From positions 4,030,001-4,094,000 of the forward strand of contig NC_043001.1 of the NCBI RefSeq assembly GCF_006345805.1: 64,000 bases of DNA. Reading direction: 5' to 3'. Positions 1 through 12,398 of the stretch are shown piece after piece. The translations under genes were made by a program, and so were the position numbers. Below the pieces are notes generated by a model. That model did not search any database and was not told the origin of the DNA. It was given only the letters and a program-made list of their open reading frames with translations. Origin of the DNA: Octopus sinensis. Its lineage: Eukaryota. The first letter of the stretch is position 1. Each line of letters opens with the position of its first letter.

Positions 1-1144
1 ATATATTGCTGACTTTACTTATGACTTAGAATAATAACAACGCTTTATTGGCCACAAATGCCCGAAATATTAGGAAAAGTTCAAAGGCGAAAAACGATAA
101 GCAAGAAGCAGTCTGTAGTTTTCATCATAATAACAATAACAGAATGAATTTTAATAACACAACAGTACAAGTCAAAGTTTAAAAACTAACTGGACATGAA
201 TACCCAAAAGGAATGAAAAAACTTTAGTTCATTCTGTATCAATATTTAGAGATTCATAAGAATGTTCCCCGAGGCCTTGAGGTAAAAGTCATAAATTATA
301 AATGAACCTGAAGTAATATTTATATAGTTAGCAGTAATATATTTTCTTATTTCTAGATGTGAAATAAGTTAAAGACAGAATGACTGTTTAAAATAAATTA
401 TAGTAAAATTATCAGAAATGGTGAATAATTACGACCATTTTCCTGACAAAAGAATTAAATTCAGTAAAGGACAATGGGAAATATTTATAGATTGATAAAA
501 TGACTTCAAATTGAACAATGCAAACAAAGAATATTTAGAAGAATTCTTGCGAAATTTACTTTAAAAAATAATGAAAGGAGCCTGATATTGAACTATTTTC
601 ATATCAAAAGGATAAAGAATGGAAAGCATTGAATAACCAAAATCTACAAATCCATTAATTAAAGTAATTAGTGAAATGAGACATCTTACATTAAAAATTT
701 GGAAATTCAAACATATTTCTTCTATAAGTGATTTCATAGAATCACGAATATTTTTGAATTCCTTGCTTTCATGATGGTTATTTTATTTGTAAAGATATAT
801 TGACAGAGAAAATTGAAATATGCCAGTCCAGTTCTTGCAAAAGGTAAACGTTGCTGTTGCAAGTGTTTCTAATACACATAATAATTCAGTTACTGTCGAT
901 TGTTGCAAGGGTTTTCAAATATTCATGTGTTCCACTATTATCAACGTAGTGTAAGGTTTTTGATGCTTGCATCATTATATTCCGGAGCAAATATTATAAA
1001 GACAGCAATGACGATGGTCGTAGCAATGCCAATGGCAATGAAGATAACAATGATGAGAATGATAATGGTGATGATGATCATGAAGACGATGAAATTTTAA
1101 CCTGTATTAAAACATAATGGTCAATGATAATAAGAAGAGCATTA

Positions 1145-1200
1145 TCGACTGGTCCCCTCCCCAAAAATTCCGGGCCTTGTGCCTAGAGAAGTAAAGAATG
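1145..1200 (+). mobile_element. 3' fragment of CORE-type tRNA-derived SINE
   Basis: attatcgact...cccctccccaaaaattccgggccttgtgcctagagaagtaaagaat resembles the SINE tails at 11832-11880 and 39530-39555. Confidence 0.55.
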
Positions 1201-1339
1201 ATCTAGCCACTGCAGTTGTCTAGTTATTGGTTGCAGTAACCCGAATTCACGCAATCCAATCAGATTCGATTTTAAAATCATTTTTACTCTGTTTAAATAT
1301 GTCTGAGTAATTCTTACTTTCATCTATTTATGTAAAATA

Positions 1340-2590
1340 TCATTCAGCTATAAGATCACCAAATACGAATGTTCACTATGTTCTGGTTCCCAATGTTTTC
1401 TCCCGATGGCAGCCGTAATCCACCACCACTTGCTTTCTTCTTTCTTATGGTGAATTTTGGAAATTTCAGATTCCCTATTGGTGACTGGATTGATTTAACC
1501 AAACAATCTATCTGGCTTTCAATCTTTTCAGTTTCAGGTCATCCATATACAAACGATTGATTCTGAATGAACTTTTACTTTCACGTTGGTAACCCATGTT
1601 AAACACAAACCGCGATGTTGAAAACGAATCATCTTAGAAGATAATCCTTTTTAATTTCTACTTCTCGAAGAAATATTTTGCTAAGAACAACACTGGCTTA
1701 TTATTAATGATGTTGTCAACAATATCAAACAGCTGCAGGGTTTCAACAAACCTAGAATGCGGTGCTATACTATATGCCTTTTTAAAGTTAAATCCAGTCC
1801 AGAGACACATTTCTATGATGCTCTTTTTTTATCATTCTTCAAAACTGTCTCTTCGATAGCCAGATGCACCTGGGTACGCACCCAAAGATGTCTTTCTACG
1901 CCTTCTTTGTTGCCTTGGTAATAATTCTCCCTGTAATAGTATGTCTTACCCGTCAACATTCCAGTATGGACCTTACACATTACATTCATACAAGTTACAG
2001 GATGATAGCTTCCGACAACATTTCTCGTCTTCTGTCATTCATTACATCTATTGTTTTCCCCGTTACCATCCATACTCATTCATTCAATTGCGTTGCCAAT
2101 CTTTCATGAAGCACATTGCACCTCTTTAACTAATGGACATAGATGACACCTGGACCGGGAACATTCCGATTCCAATCAACGCCTTCTGTCCTTGAGCTAT
2201 ACCTGTATTTCTAAGGGTCAACCGTGTCACAGTCTGTATCGCGCTGAATGTCTTTGAGAACTACTTAAAGTTACGCACATGTGACTGCGGAGTGCTCAGC
2301 CACATGTACATTAATTTCACAAAGAGGCTGCTCTGTTGATCTCATCAACTGTTTCACACGTCGTCGCAACCGACAAAGCTCCAGTTATGCTTTCAAGCAA
2401 TTTCGAAAAGGCTCCATCTTCTTTCTTAAATTCTTCTCTTTTTCTCGGCCATTATTCTGCCTGCACACATTTTTTCATTTATTCAGCTGTTTCTTCTTAT
2501 TGCATTTTCTTCCAAAATGCTTTCATTTTATCTTAATCTATCTTCATCTCTCTGTTACCACTCCACCATTTCCTCCATTGCAAACGAATA
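1340..2590 (-). pseudogene. Degenerate reverse transcriptase fragment of an R4/Dong-clade (RLE) non-LTR retrotransposon
   Basis: Minus-strand translation gives YMDDLKL at 1529-1549, GLRLPSGENIG, FNFKKAYSIAPHSRFVETLQLF (cf. WIDYKKAYDMVPHSW), LAIEETVLKN and PGPGVIYVH*LKRCNVLHERLATQLNE. Many stops and frameshifts. Confidence 0.8.
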
Positions 2591-3394
2591 AAATTTGAGT
2601 TCTAGACGTATGCATTTCGCTGAATATCCTTCTAGAAATAACAGTCAAATCACTCTAAAATTACTATCTAGCGCATTAAAAAAAGAGAAAGAAAACATCA
2701 AATAATCTTTTCTGATATAAAAGTTTTGAAAACAATACAGGTTGGTCATGACTGGAAAATCTTTGATCATAGGCCTGCTTATTCAGAGCTGACGAGTGAA
2801 TCTAAGCAGCAACAACAACGATAATTTCTTGTGCGTTAAAACAAAATATATGCTCTAAAGAATTCTCACCAACTAAATTGAATGTCTTGTACAAATCCGA
2901 CCATTTTTTTTGTATCTTGGAATTACATATGTACCACCGCTAGCACGTCAGTACACAAACATTGCAATATTTTCTTTCTTCACGAGAGAGGAACACACAG
3001 AGAGACTGATTAATGCAGGAAACCCCAGAGTCTATGTTTACAGCCCGCTTATAAAAACAGAATATATCTACATCTAAACAGCCATTGTTATAGATTGCGG
3101 TCTTTCATTGTCCGCCACTCAAGCATCTCAATATCAGGACAAATTGATTTAACACTTAATACCAGACAAATAATTCAAACAGAAATAAACCAATATATAT
3201 GTAAATAGACATGTGTATATACAATATAACTATGTATACAGACACAAGCACATATACACCTGTATATACATATACATAGGTGTACGTCAGAGTGAATGTA
3301 TGCGTGTGACAGCTGCAATTACGGTTAAATACACGCGTATACTTCTGTGTGAGCATGTGTACCTGTGTGTATGTGTCTGCGAATGCTGATGTCT

Positions 3395-3395
3395 G

Positions 3396-3450
<55 letters not shown>
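3395..3450. repeat. (GT)n microsatellite
   Basis: Direct read. Confidence 0.95.
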
Positions 3451-4059
3451 CGACACACTATGATTTGAAATTCTCTCGTGATATGTCTCAATGTTTTCTT
3501 TCTTTATATTGTTAAACTGAATTCTGTTATTATTATTGTTGTTGTTGCTGTTCTTATTAATGTTATCATTACTATTGTTGTTGTTGATGGTGGTGTTGGC
3601 GGTGGTGGCAATAAATTTTTTTCTTATCAATGTCTCCGTAATTTTCTTTGCTTCATTTTTGCTTAAATGTCGTTGAGGCTATAACAGGCGTGTAAGTCAA
3701 CCAGCACCACCAGCACCACCACCAGCACCACGATTGCTTCAGTCGGGGTTTAAACAGCCACAATTCCGGGTCACTCTCGTCACTTCTCTTCACACCCAGG
3801 ACCAACAGCTTCCCAGCAAGATACTCTTTATCATGAAATCCAGAAGTCTCCGGAACAATACTGGAGTTCCACTTCCACACTCATTCCTCGTTGACATAGA
3901 ATTAAATGTATCTCGAACCAACCAAAAATTGGCGTGAGCGCTCGTCGGTCGCAAAGCCACTACCTCTATACCTAGTTACCTGAGGTTGTTGAGTAGATGA
4001 CCTTTTTTCAAAAGCGACCCACGCCATGTGCACTTATACTGTCTAATCTGAACAAGGCG

Positions 4060-4450
4060 ATGTTAAATTAAAGAATGGACGCAGAAAACTTTAGTTTCAG
4101 CGATTTTGTTGTAGAAGCAGGAATGGATTCTCCGTTCCATATCTATATGTGGATGTTTCCACAAGCTGTCTTTTGTGGATATTTTGGTGGATACAGTCTT
4201 TTGTGAATATTCCTCTGAAGCTCTTACCTCCTTCAGGATATTTAGTTTATATGGTGCTGTATACATTTTTGTGATGTTAGGATGGCTTTTATGAATGTTG
4301 CTCTGCTGTTTGTTGGTGAAATAAGGTTGGTGTGTGTGATGTCTGCCTGGTTATATGTGCGTTCCGTTAGTTCTTTATTTTTTGTATCTATTGTTGTGTA
4401 GTTAATGATGCTTGAATTTTGCTGACGTTGGTATGTACAATTAAAAACTG
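4060..4450 (-). mobile_element. Possible Penelope-like element 3' remnant
   Basis: A/C-rich minus strand ending in a tail (ggagaatccattcctgcttctacaac) that weakly resembles the PLE tail at 19990-20010, plus a broken CCTGAAG...GAATATTC hairpin motif. No clean protein motif. Confidence 0.3.
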
Positions 4451-4519
4451 ATGTATGTGAATTAGGTGGCGATTGTGGTGGTGGTGTTTGTACAATGACA
4501 ATAATGTAATAATAATAAT

Positions 4520-4594
4520 ACTAAGAATAGTAGTAGTGGTAGTAGCAGTAGTAGTAGTAGTAGTAGTAGCAGCAGCAGCAGCAGCAGCAGTAGC

Positions 4595-4688
<94 letters not shown>

Positions 4689-4690
4689 AT
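4520..4690. repeat. (GTA)n/(GCA)n trinucleotide microsatellite
   Basis: Direct read; explains the poly-L and poly-V ORFs at 4462-4779. Confidence 0.95.
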
Positions 4691-4719
4691 TCCAAGTGCT
4701 GAATTTGAAAAGCTATACT

Positions 4720-5510
4720 AAAGAAATAGGAAAGAATTTTATATGAATGGAAGATTTCACCGAAGGCCAGGAGCAGCAAGATTATGCGTACCTAGAATGG
4801 AAGGCGAAAGAGGGTTTATATCATCAGAAGACTGCGTGGAGTTAACAAGGTTAGATATAAACTCTTATAAAGGTCATAATGAGGTAAGTATTAAAAGCTG
4901 CTAGAGTCAAGTCACAAATAGAATAGGGAAACCGAAGCACTAAAGGAACTTAAAAACCAGAAAACAAAAAAGGAAATCATCTCACTGGCAGGAGAAGTCA
5001 TTGCATAGTTGATTCCCAAAGATAGTTGCAGCAAAGAGTAGTAGCGAGACATGGCTATGGTTACAGAACTGAAATCTGAAAAGAGAGACAGAATATTTGT
5101 TAGTAGCTGCCCAAGATCAAGCATTCAGGACTAACAGCATAAAGCCCAAGGTAGACAAAGATTACCAATGTAGGTTATGCAAAATCAAAAGAGGAAAGCG
5201 TTATCATTATAGTAAGTGAATGTAGCCTGATGGCACAAAAAAGAAATTACAACCCAGGGAGGGTAATCCACTGGGAGCTGTGTAGAAAGATAGGATTTGA
5301 ACATACTGATAAATTGTTTGAACAGGAACCCAGTAAAGAACAAGTAAATAAGCAATACAAGATGTTGTGGGACTTCAACTTCTAGACTGAAAGAGTAACA
5401 GAAGCTAGAACGCCTGATTAGTTCGAAGCAGATAAAGATAATAAAATGTTCCAAAGAATTGCCTTTAGAGTCTCCAATAATGAAAACGTTAACATGTGAA
5501 ATAGAAAACA
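4720..5510 (+). pseudogene. R4/Dong-clade LINE C-terminal fragment (post-RT region, CCHC knuckle, start of RLE)
   Basis: RLCVPRMEGERGFISSEDCVE (cf. RLYVPRKEGGRGLISIEDCV), LKRETEYLLVAAQDQAFRTN, CRLCK, IVSEC, VIHWELC, KMLWDFNF, EARTPD. Stops and frameshifts present. Confidence 0.85.
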
Positions 5511-6049
5511 AATCAAATAGTAAGTGTTGATGCTACTGCAGAACACGCCAGTGAAGAATGAACGAGTGAGAACGACAACAGCTGCTTTACATCCACCACT
5601 ACTACAAGAAAAGATAACCTCGTCCATAACAACAACAACAAAAACAACAACAACAACATCAATAACTACGATAGTTATATCAACAGAACCACCAGCAGCA
5701 GAAACGGTAAGTACAAGATATTCACAGCACAGGGTGCATTTAGCCAAATCATGTAAAATAATTATAATGGTGATGATGGTGATTTCTTTCATGTTGATAA
5801 GGATAATAATAATTAGTATTATTATAAACTCGTTAGTCTATAAGGCAGGTTATATGGAAATGGTATCTCAATAACACAACTCTTTTGCGGGCGAACCCCA
5901 AAAGTGAATCTCAAAGATAAGGAAATAACGAGCGACGTGTTTGAGGTCGGATACATTTATGGTGAAGATCTATCACCTAGTATGTCTTGATCTTCCTTGA
6001 AGAGGGCAAGTGATCTGGCACTGCATAGTTTTTACTATACAACAAACCA

Positions 6050-6900
6050 CATAACATTTGTGCTCAGTTAAGACACAAGAGGATGAAGGAAGTTTCCGTT
6101 AGACTTAATGAATGGACGGAAAATTACATAGTTTTTGAGGACAGAGAGCAAACTAGTATATCAAGCGAAGGTGATTGGTTAGCTGAGATAGAAATATTTC
6201 GGATTAATGACCGTTGTCGGGAACCTGCTGAATAACCAACAAAGGGAGGTTTGAGCAGAATCTGAAGCCGTTTGTACTCTTGGACCTTGGACTCAAAGAG
6301 AAAACTAGAGAACAGGAGTAAGAAAGTATGATGGGGATGTTAGGACAGCTTCGAATGTTACAGATGGAATCCCGGTAAGGTGGTGGGTTGTTATGCAAGA
6401 CGAGAGAATAAATTGGATGATGAATTGCTTGAATTACAAGAACGGCTTATAGTTCTGCGGAATAGCTCAGAAGAACAATGTCGTAACGAATATGTCTTGA
6501 TAGGTGTATGATAATTAAAATTTGGGGGAAAACTGACAAAAGCTACCACCACACATATCCAGAAAGTGAATATGATGCAAAAAAGGAGATTTACTCTACT
6601 TGTCGAGAAGAAAATCCGACTAACGAAAACAAAGCAGAGTACGAAAAAGAACCATGGAGTATATGATACATTGAGAATGGTATAATGGGTTTAAGGCAAG
6701 GTTTTAGCAGAATTGAACAACGGTCTAGAGGAAAGCATGTAATGGAAAAAAGGCTGATTGGAAGACATAGACAAGAAATTATTCTATAGAGTAAATGAAG
6801 AGTTAAACTATAGGACTTTATTGAAAAGGAAGGAAATAAGAAGATATGTGCACAGGAATATGCAGACCAAGGAGAATAGATTATTCGAAATTCATCCTCG
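6050..6900 (+). pseudogene. Highly decayed, internally deleted R4/Dong-like LINE fragment
   Basis: Purine-rich strand with EGDWLAEIE, a frameshifted NYKxAYSS (cf. DYKKAYDSV) and ICAQEYA (cf. ICAAQEQA). Confidence 0.45.
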
Positions 6901-7714
6901 CTTTTCAAGGAAACAATGACCTAACAACTCAACCACACGTCTCTGAGGGCATAAAAGAACAAAGTTTGCTGTTTGACTTTAAGAATGTTTATTTGAAGAA
7001 TGTGTATTGGAACATTGGGGTTGTGAGAAGCGCAGTTTCTGCATCAGTGGACCTTTCTTAATGGGGTCTCATTAGGATCTTATTGTGCAGAAAGTAAGAA
7101 TTATAATTCATCCATCAACCTGAAAGACCCCTACCAAACTACAAAAGAAATCATTCATGATAATCCTGAAATGGTTTCAACTTAGGATTCCAGTACGTTT
7201 TAAGAATAACTTAAGAAGGTGATCTACAATACTGTGGAATCATGAGGAGACGCAAACGAACAACACTATTTTTGAGTGAGAGTATGCTGATTATCTACAG
7301 ACAGACGTCTAGCCTATTAAAGCGATATTAGTATAATGCAGCAATTTAAAATGCTCATCAATAATTGTTGATTGCAGCGACTTTTCTGACTGAAAGTTAA
7401 TTATCGTACGACAATGAGGGGAGTAACAGATTTATAGCTATCGCATTACACCTGCTCAACTATATAATTGCCAGTAAGACTTATAATGTGAAATATGGGA
7501 GAAGAAGGAAACTGCTACAAGAATAACGAGAAGGACAATAAGAAAACGTGTGGGAAAATCAATTCTGGAGCAAATATATTGAAAAACTTCAATGACAATT
7601 GTGACGAAAATCATTGCTTTCAGTTGAAGTACCCATTATGTTTTCATGTTTGAGCACTTATTCATCTCAATCACTGCATTGAATAGCTTTAGCTTGAAAA
7701 ATGTTAGATAAAGG

Positions 7715-7920
7715 TGTGAAGTTCTGGCATGAGGTCAGCAAATTTTCGAAGAGATGGAAGTCTGTTACGTCGACCCAAGTGTTGAACTGGTACTGATTTC
7801 ATGGAATCCGAACTATGAAAGACACGGTGAACTTGGGCAGAATTTGAACACGGACATGTAAGGACGGACAAAATACAATTAAGCATTTTGCGCCGACTGC
7901 TATAGATTCTGGAATCTCGC
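7715..7920 (-). mobile_element. Old, diverged CORE-type SINE
   Basis: Diverged match to the family at 59404-59637 (gtcgacccaagtg...actggtact...gaatttgaac...aagcattttgcgcc). Confidence 0.65.
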
Positions 7921-8046
7921 AAACTTTGAAATCTTATTATAATTGAAAAGGCTAAGGTTAGATGTAATACTGCTCTTCACTAAACGGGCACCGAAGACAA
8001 TGGACAGAAGCCTCGTACATATTAGGTATATCGGACACACACACAA

Positions 8047-8092
<46 letters not shown>

Positions 8093-8629
8093 TATATATT
8101 ATATATATATATATGTGTGGATGCAAGTATATGTATATACGACGTATTTCCTTCAGTTTCCGCTTACCAAATCCACTCAAAAGCTTTTTTGCAGAACACA
8201 GGCAAAGATAAAGCCATCACAGCGGGAGGTTTTTCTACATACTTCTCAGATTTAGAATCTATGTATTATCTCTAATTTTGATAGCTAAAGCAGAGCAGTC
8301 AGTTATATCGAAGAATTTAAATATGCTGCATCTGACATTTTTGCAAAAAAAATTTTTAAACGAACGCAGAAACTTCTCTTCCGAATGGGCTGCATTCAAA
8401 TATAATGATACTTATTATATTACTGATAAATAGTATATAATTAGTGTATGATTTAAATATTTTTGAATACATGTACTGTTAGGGGAGAGTAAAAAAGCAA
8501 AACTGAGAAATGAAATATGTAGGAAAGGAATTATTATAGATACGCACCAGAGATAAGAGAAGAATAACGAAGGAGAAAAAATGAAACGCAAAGGAAGAAG
8601 AAAGGACAATATAGTATTGAATAGGAAGG

Positions 8630-8632
8630 AAG

Positions 8633-8720
<88 letters not shown>

Positions 8721-8749
8721 GGAGAGAGAGAGAGAGAGAGAGAAAGAGT

Positions 8750-8800
<51 letters not shown>
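8630..8800. repeat. Compound (TA)n-(GA)n microsatellite
   Basis: Direct read. Confidence 0.95.
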
Positions 8801-9029
8801 CGATTGCATTTTACCTTTTAAGCCATATTCTAGAATAGAAATGAATAATAAAATATTTTATCAGGTAATAGAAACACTATTTAGTGGCCTTTAGAGACAG
8901 CTTGTCACTAGATCTCGTATGATATAGACATAAGGTCTGACAATGGTAACAGGAAGTTTAAATATTATTTTGACTCCCTGATAGGTTTTATGTTAGCATT
9001 TATAATTTAACATTAGTGGAACGGTTTCA

Positions 9030-9600
9030 AATTGATTTCAAGATTTTGTTTTCTATACTGGAATACTGATAATGCAGTCCATTCCATTCTTTGGTAATAA
9101 GCATTGTTTGCGTGGGCAGTCATTTTGTAATTTTGGGAACATTGGTTTCTCTCTTCCTTTTGAAAATACCCACGTTTTGGAGATCTGATATTCTTTCCAT
9201 TGATATATTGAGCAAATTCATCCATATTTAGAATTGTTTATAATCTAAAATATTTCGCTTACCGGAATAGATTTCATGTTTATTTCATCAAGTTTGGTTG
9301 AATGAATTCTTAAGGAGCCCTTTGTGAGACAAAATTGGAAAAGAGGTGGATAAACAAAACGCCTTAAATTAGTTTTTCCAAGTGCGTCAATATCCTAGCT
9401 ATGACGACCATTATTATACCACTCTCATATAGGATAGTATTCCCCAAAGAAATAGAAGCCAAGGACATTAGATTCTATTGAATGTCATTATCCTTACGCC
9501 AATCAATATAGCAAAACCATAATCCGAAATATAATACCTTTATTTAATGACAGATGATTGTTAAGAGAAACCGATAATTAAGTCAAAAAAATGGTATTCC
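9030..9600 (-). pseudogene. Chapaev/Transib-like DNA transposase remnant
   Basis: Minus-strand pieces PPL...GLLKNSF and RISDLQNVGIF resemble PPLHIKLGLMKNFV and RISDAKIKEGIF. Heavily decayed. Confidence 0.4.
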
Positions 9601-9906
9601 AGTTTTTAGTACAAATGTTCGACACAATGTACTTGTGTCCTGCAGAGTTTGGTGATAAGCAAGTTAGAGAGGTCAAATCAATTTCTTTTGCATACTGGAC
9701 TGAAGTTAAAACTATGTCTCGCCAGCAGGAGAGGGATTATTATTCTTTAGGGCCCTACTGATAATGAAGGCCAAAGTCAATGGATGAATGGGCCGACGTA
9801 AATTATAATAAGTACATTAAGAAAAATTGTAACGGAAGATTATGTAATGTTAACAATATTCAAAATTAGTTACAGGACGCGTGTGGGAACAGATATGTCA
9901 ATTGAT

Positions 9907-9962
<56 letters not shown>

Positions 9963-9964
9963 TA

Positions 9965-10180
9965 TATGTTACATCACTCGATAGTCAAGATAAAACTATG
10001 AGTTTCAGATGCCGAAGTGGGAATCCACGACATCTCTTCGGTTATCTGGCTATTTGAAACTCAGAGTTTTATCTTGACTATCGAGTAATGTCATATTATT
10101 TTATAGATAAATTTCCTCTATTTACATAATATTGAGGTCTCTTTCTTTCTTTTGTTATCTTACCGTTTTACCAATATATA
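9965..10180. mobile_element. PLE-derived fold-back element with hammerhead fold
   Basis: About 42-bp inverted arms (9965-10007 and 10055-10095); the right arm continues into a tail up to 10180; directly follows a (TA)n array. Confidence 0.7.
9988..10047 (-). ncRNA. Minimal type I hammerhead ribozyme fold, CCGAAGA core
   Basis: AGAUAA-CCGAAGA-[GAUGUCG/CGGCAUC]-U-GAAA-C-UCAUA-G-U-U-UUAUCU: 6-bp stem I, 7-bp stem II, GUU triplet. Confidence 0.6.
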
Positions 10181-10197
10181 TATATATATACATATAT

Positions 10198-10815
10198 GTA
10201 CTAGCTGACACACCCTGTAATTCCCGGGAAAGAGGGGCTTAACACGTGGCTCCGTTCTCATAATTGTTTCGCTAATCCAATAACAAGAATACAAAGTATG
10301 TTGTCCTCAAAACGCCTTTGGTACATTTACAGAGAATACCGAACTGTCTTACACAGAATCTTGATTTTAGAAATTCCCAATAAGTTATAAATACCCAATT
10401 TGGAAAGTCAGTTATGTAATAACATGAAATTACATACCCGATAGTAAGAATTTAAATAAAGTAGCCCCCAAAAGGGCTTTAATACGTTACCAGAGTATAT
10501 AGAACTTAGGAGGAAATACTAAGAAATAAGCATACTCAATTTGATTTATACCAAATGATTTAGGAAAATAAATGGGTTATTTCCCTTGGCTGTTAAAATC
10601 TTGGGGAATGGGCAATTTTCTTTGACAGATATATAAGGATCCCTTCCATTATCGATTTTTCCAACAATCTAATTTAACCATGATGTTTCCAGACTTGAGT
10701 TCTACTCACGTGTCAAGTTTCATCAAATCGATGAAACTATGTAGGAGGAGTTAGTTAACAACTCCGTAAACACCCCCTCACACACACACACAAGTTCCCA
10801 CATATGTAGGAGATA
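10198..10815 (+). mobile_element. Non-autonomous Helentron-associated (HINE/DINE-1-like) element
   Basis: 5' tactagct...ccc...ggg; 3' aagtttcatcaaatcg...ggaggagtt...aaaca(ca)n aagttccc...ag, typical of this class. Confidence 0.6.
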
Positions 10816-10852
10816 TTTGAGGGTGTTAGTGATGATTATATATTTGCATTTG

Positions 10853-10994
10853 TGTGCATATACCCATATATATTTGTGTGTGTCAGATTCAAGGATCGAG
10901 GCGTTGGAAGAAAGTTAACTTCAAGCAGTCCTTGGGGGTTACTTAACTCTATTAGATCCTTGAATCTTACACACACAAATATATATGTGTATAT

Positions 10995-10999
<5 letters not shown>
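10853..10999. repeat. Fold-back element, 45-bp inverted arms
   Basis: 10853-10897 versus 10955-10999, 2 mismatches, 57-nt spacer. Confidence 0.8.
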
Positions 11000-11027
<28 letters not shown>

Positions 11028-11030
<3 letters not shown>

Positions 11031-11264
11031 CGGTGAGCTAGCAGAACCGTTAGCACGTCGGGCGAAATGCGTCGCCGTATTTCGTCTGCCGTTACGTTCT
11101 GAGTTCAAATTCAGCCGAGGTTGACTTTGCCTTTCATCCTTTCGGGGTCGATAAATTAAGTACCACTTACGCACTGTGGTCGATGTAATCGACTTCATTC
11201 GTTTGTCTGTCCTTGTTTGGCCCCTCTATGTTTAGCCCCATGTGGGTAATAAAGAAACATATTT
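11028..11264 (+). mobile_element. Full-length CORE-type tRNA-derived SINE (octopus OR-like)
   Basis: A box ggtgagctagcag, B box gagttcaaatt, core tttcatcctttcggggtcgataaattaagtacca. Confidence 0.9.
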
Positions 11265-11831
11265 ATATATATATGTGTGTGTGCGTGTGTGTGTGTGTGC
11301 GTGTGTGTGTGTGCGTGATATAGAATTGATACCACTATCGCAAAAAACACCAACGCCTGTATATAGTTTTTCTTTGCTTAGTAATCTTTGCAGAAGAATT
11401 TCTCAGACCACAAATATCTGCCACATGGTAAGTTGCTTCTACGTTAGACTGACTCTGAGTGCTAGTATAGCGAACATCTTGAACTCAAGACCACAGCTTC
11501 GGCTACGTATATTTCGTATTCAAATATGAATACAAAACTGTCCAACTGGATAAAAATTCTAGGCATTAAGTCATGCTGTCCAAGTTTTGATAATACTAGT
11601 CACGGTAATCTAGTATTAACTAAATATCCTATCTTGTTTTTTATAAAACAATATATGTAATTGTGTATTTATTTAAACGAACATCGCAGAAAATATATTC
11701 AGGCGATGGACAGGCACAGTTTTTCAATATTATTTGTTGGTGACAAAAAGGCATGGACATCCGAAACTGAACCGAAAAATATAGATTCCGATATAGATAT
11801 GCAAAATATTTATTGATTTCAGTGGAAAGCG

Positions 11832-11945
11832 GCCAGGATAATCTTTTCTTCACTAGACACAAGGCCTGGAATTTTGGGGGAGGGGGCGAGTCGATTAGAT
11901 CTTCCTCACTATGCAACTGGTACCTAACTTATCGACCCCAAAATG
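11832..11945 (-). mobile_element. CORE-type SINE 3' half
   Basis: Core actggtacctaacttatcgacccc plus tail cacaaggcctggaattttggggg. Confidence 0.75.
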
Positions 11946-11989
11946 ATGCAAAGACAGACGAAATATTGATAAGCACTTCGCTCGACGTG

Positions 11990-12398
11990 CTAACGTTTCT
12001 CATTTCTTTATTGCCACAGGGGGCTAACAAGAACAGACAAACAGATTAAGTCGATTATATCGACTCCAGTGCGTAACTGGTACTTATTTAATCGACATCG
12101 AAAGGATGAAAGAAAAAGTCGACCTCGGTGGAATTTGAACTCAGAACGTAAAGACAGACGAAATACCTATTTCTTTACTACCCACAAGGTGCTAAATACA
12201 GAGGGGACAAACAAGGGCAGACAAACGGATTAAGTCGATTAAATTGACCCCAGTGTGTAACTGGTACTTAATTTATAGCACCCGAAAGGATGAAAAGCAA
12301 AGTCGACCTCGGCGGAATTTGAACACAGAGCGTAACGGCAAACGAAATATGGCAACGCATTTCGCCCGGCGTGCTGACGATTCTGCCAGTTCACCGCC
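11990..12398 (-). mobile_element. Two tandem CORE-type SINE copies (partial plus full)
   Basis: Block gggcta...acagacaaac.gattaagtcgatt...actggtact...gaatttgaac occurs twice (11990-12165 and 12166-12398). Confidence 0.9.

Noticed and set aside
1-1100. Possible transposase remnant (YWPQM-like motif, Cys-rich stretch, acidic DDNEN tail at ~1010-1100)
   Set aside because: Motifs are short, lie in different frames and fit no single family; the acidic tail may be a decayed (GAT)n repeat.
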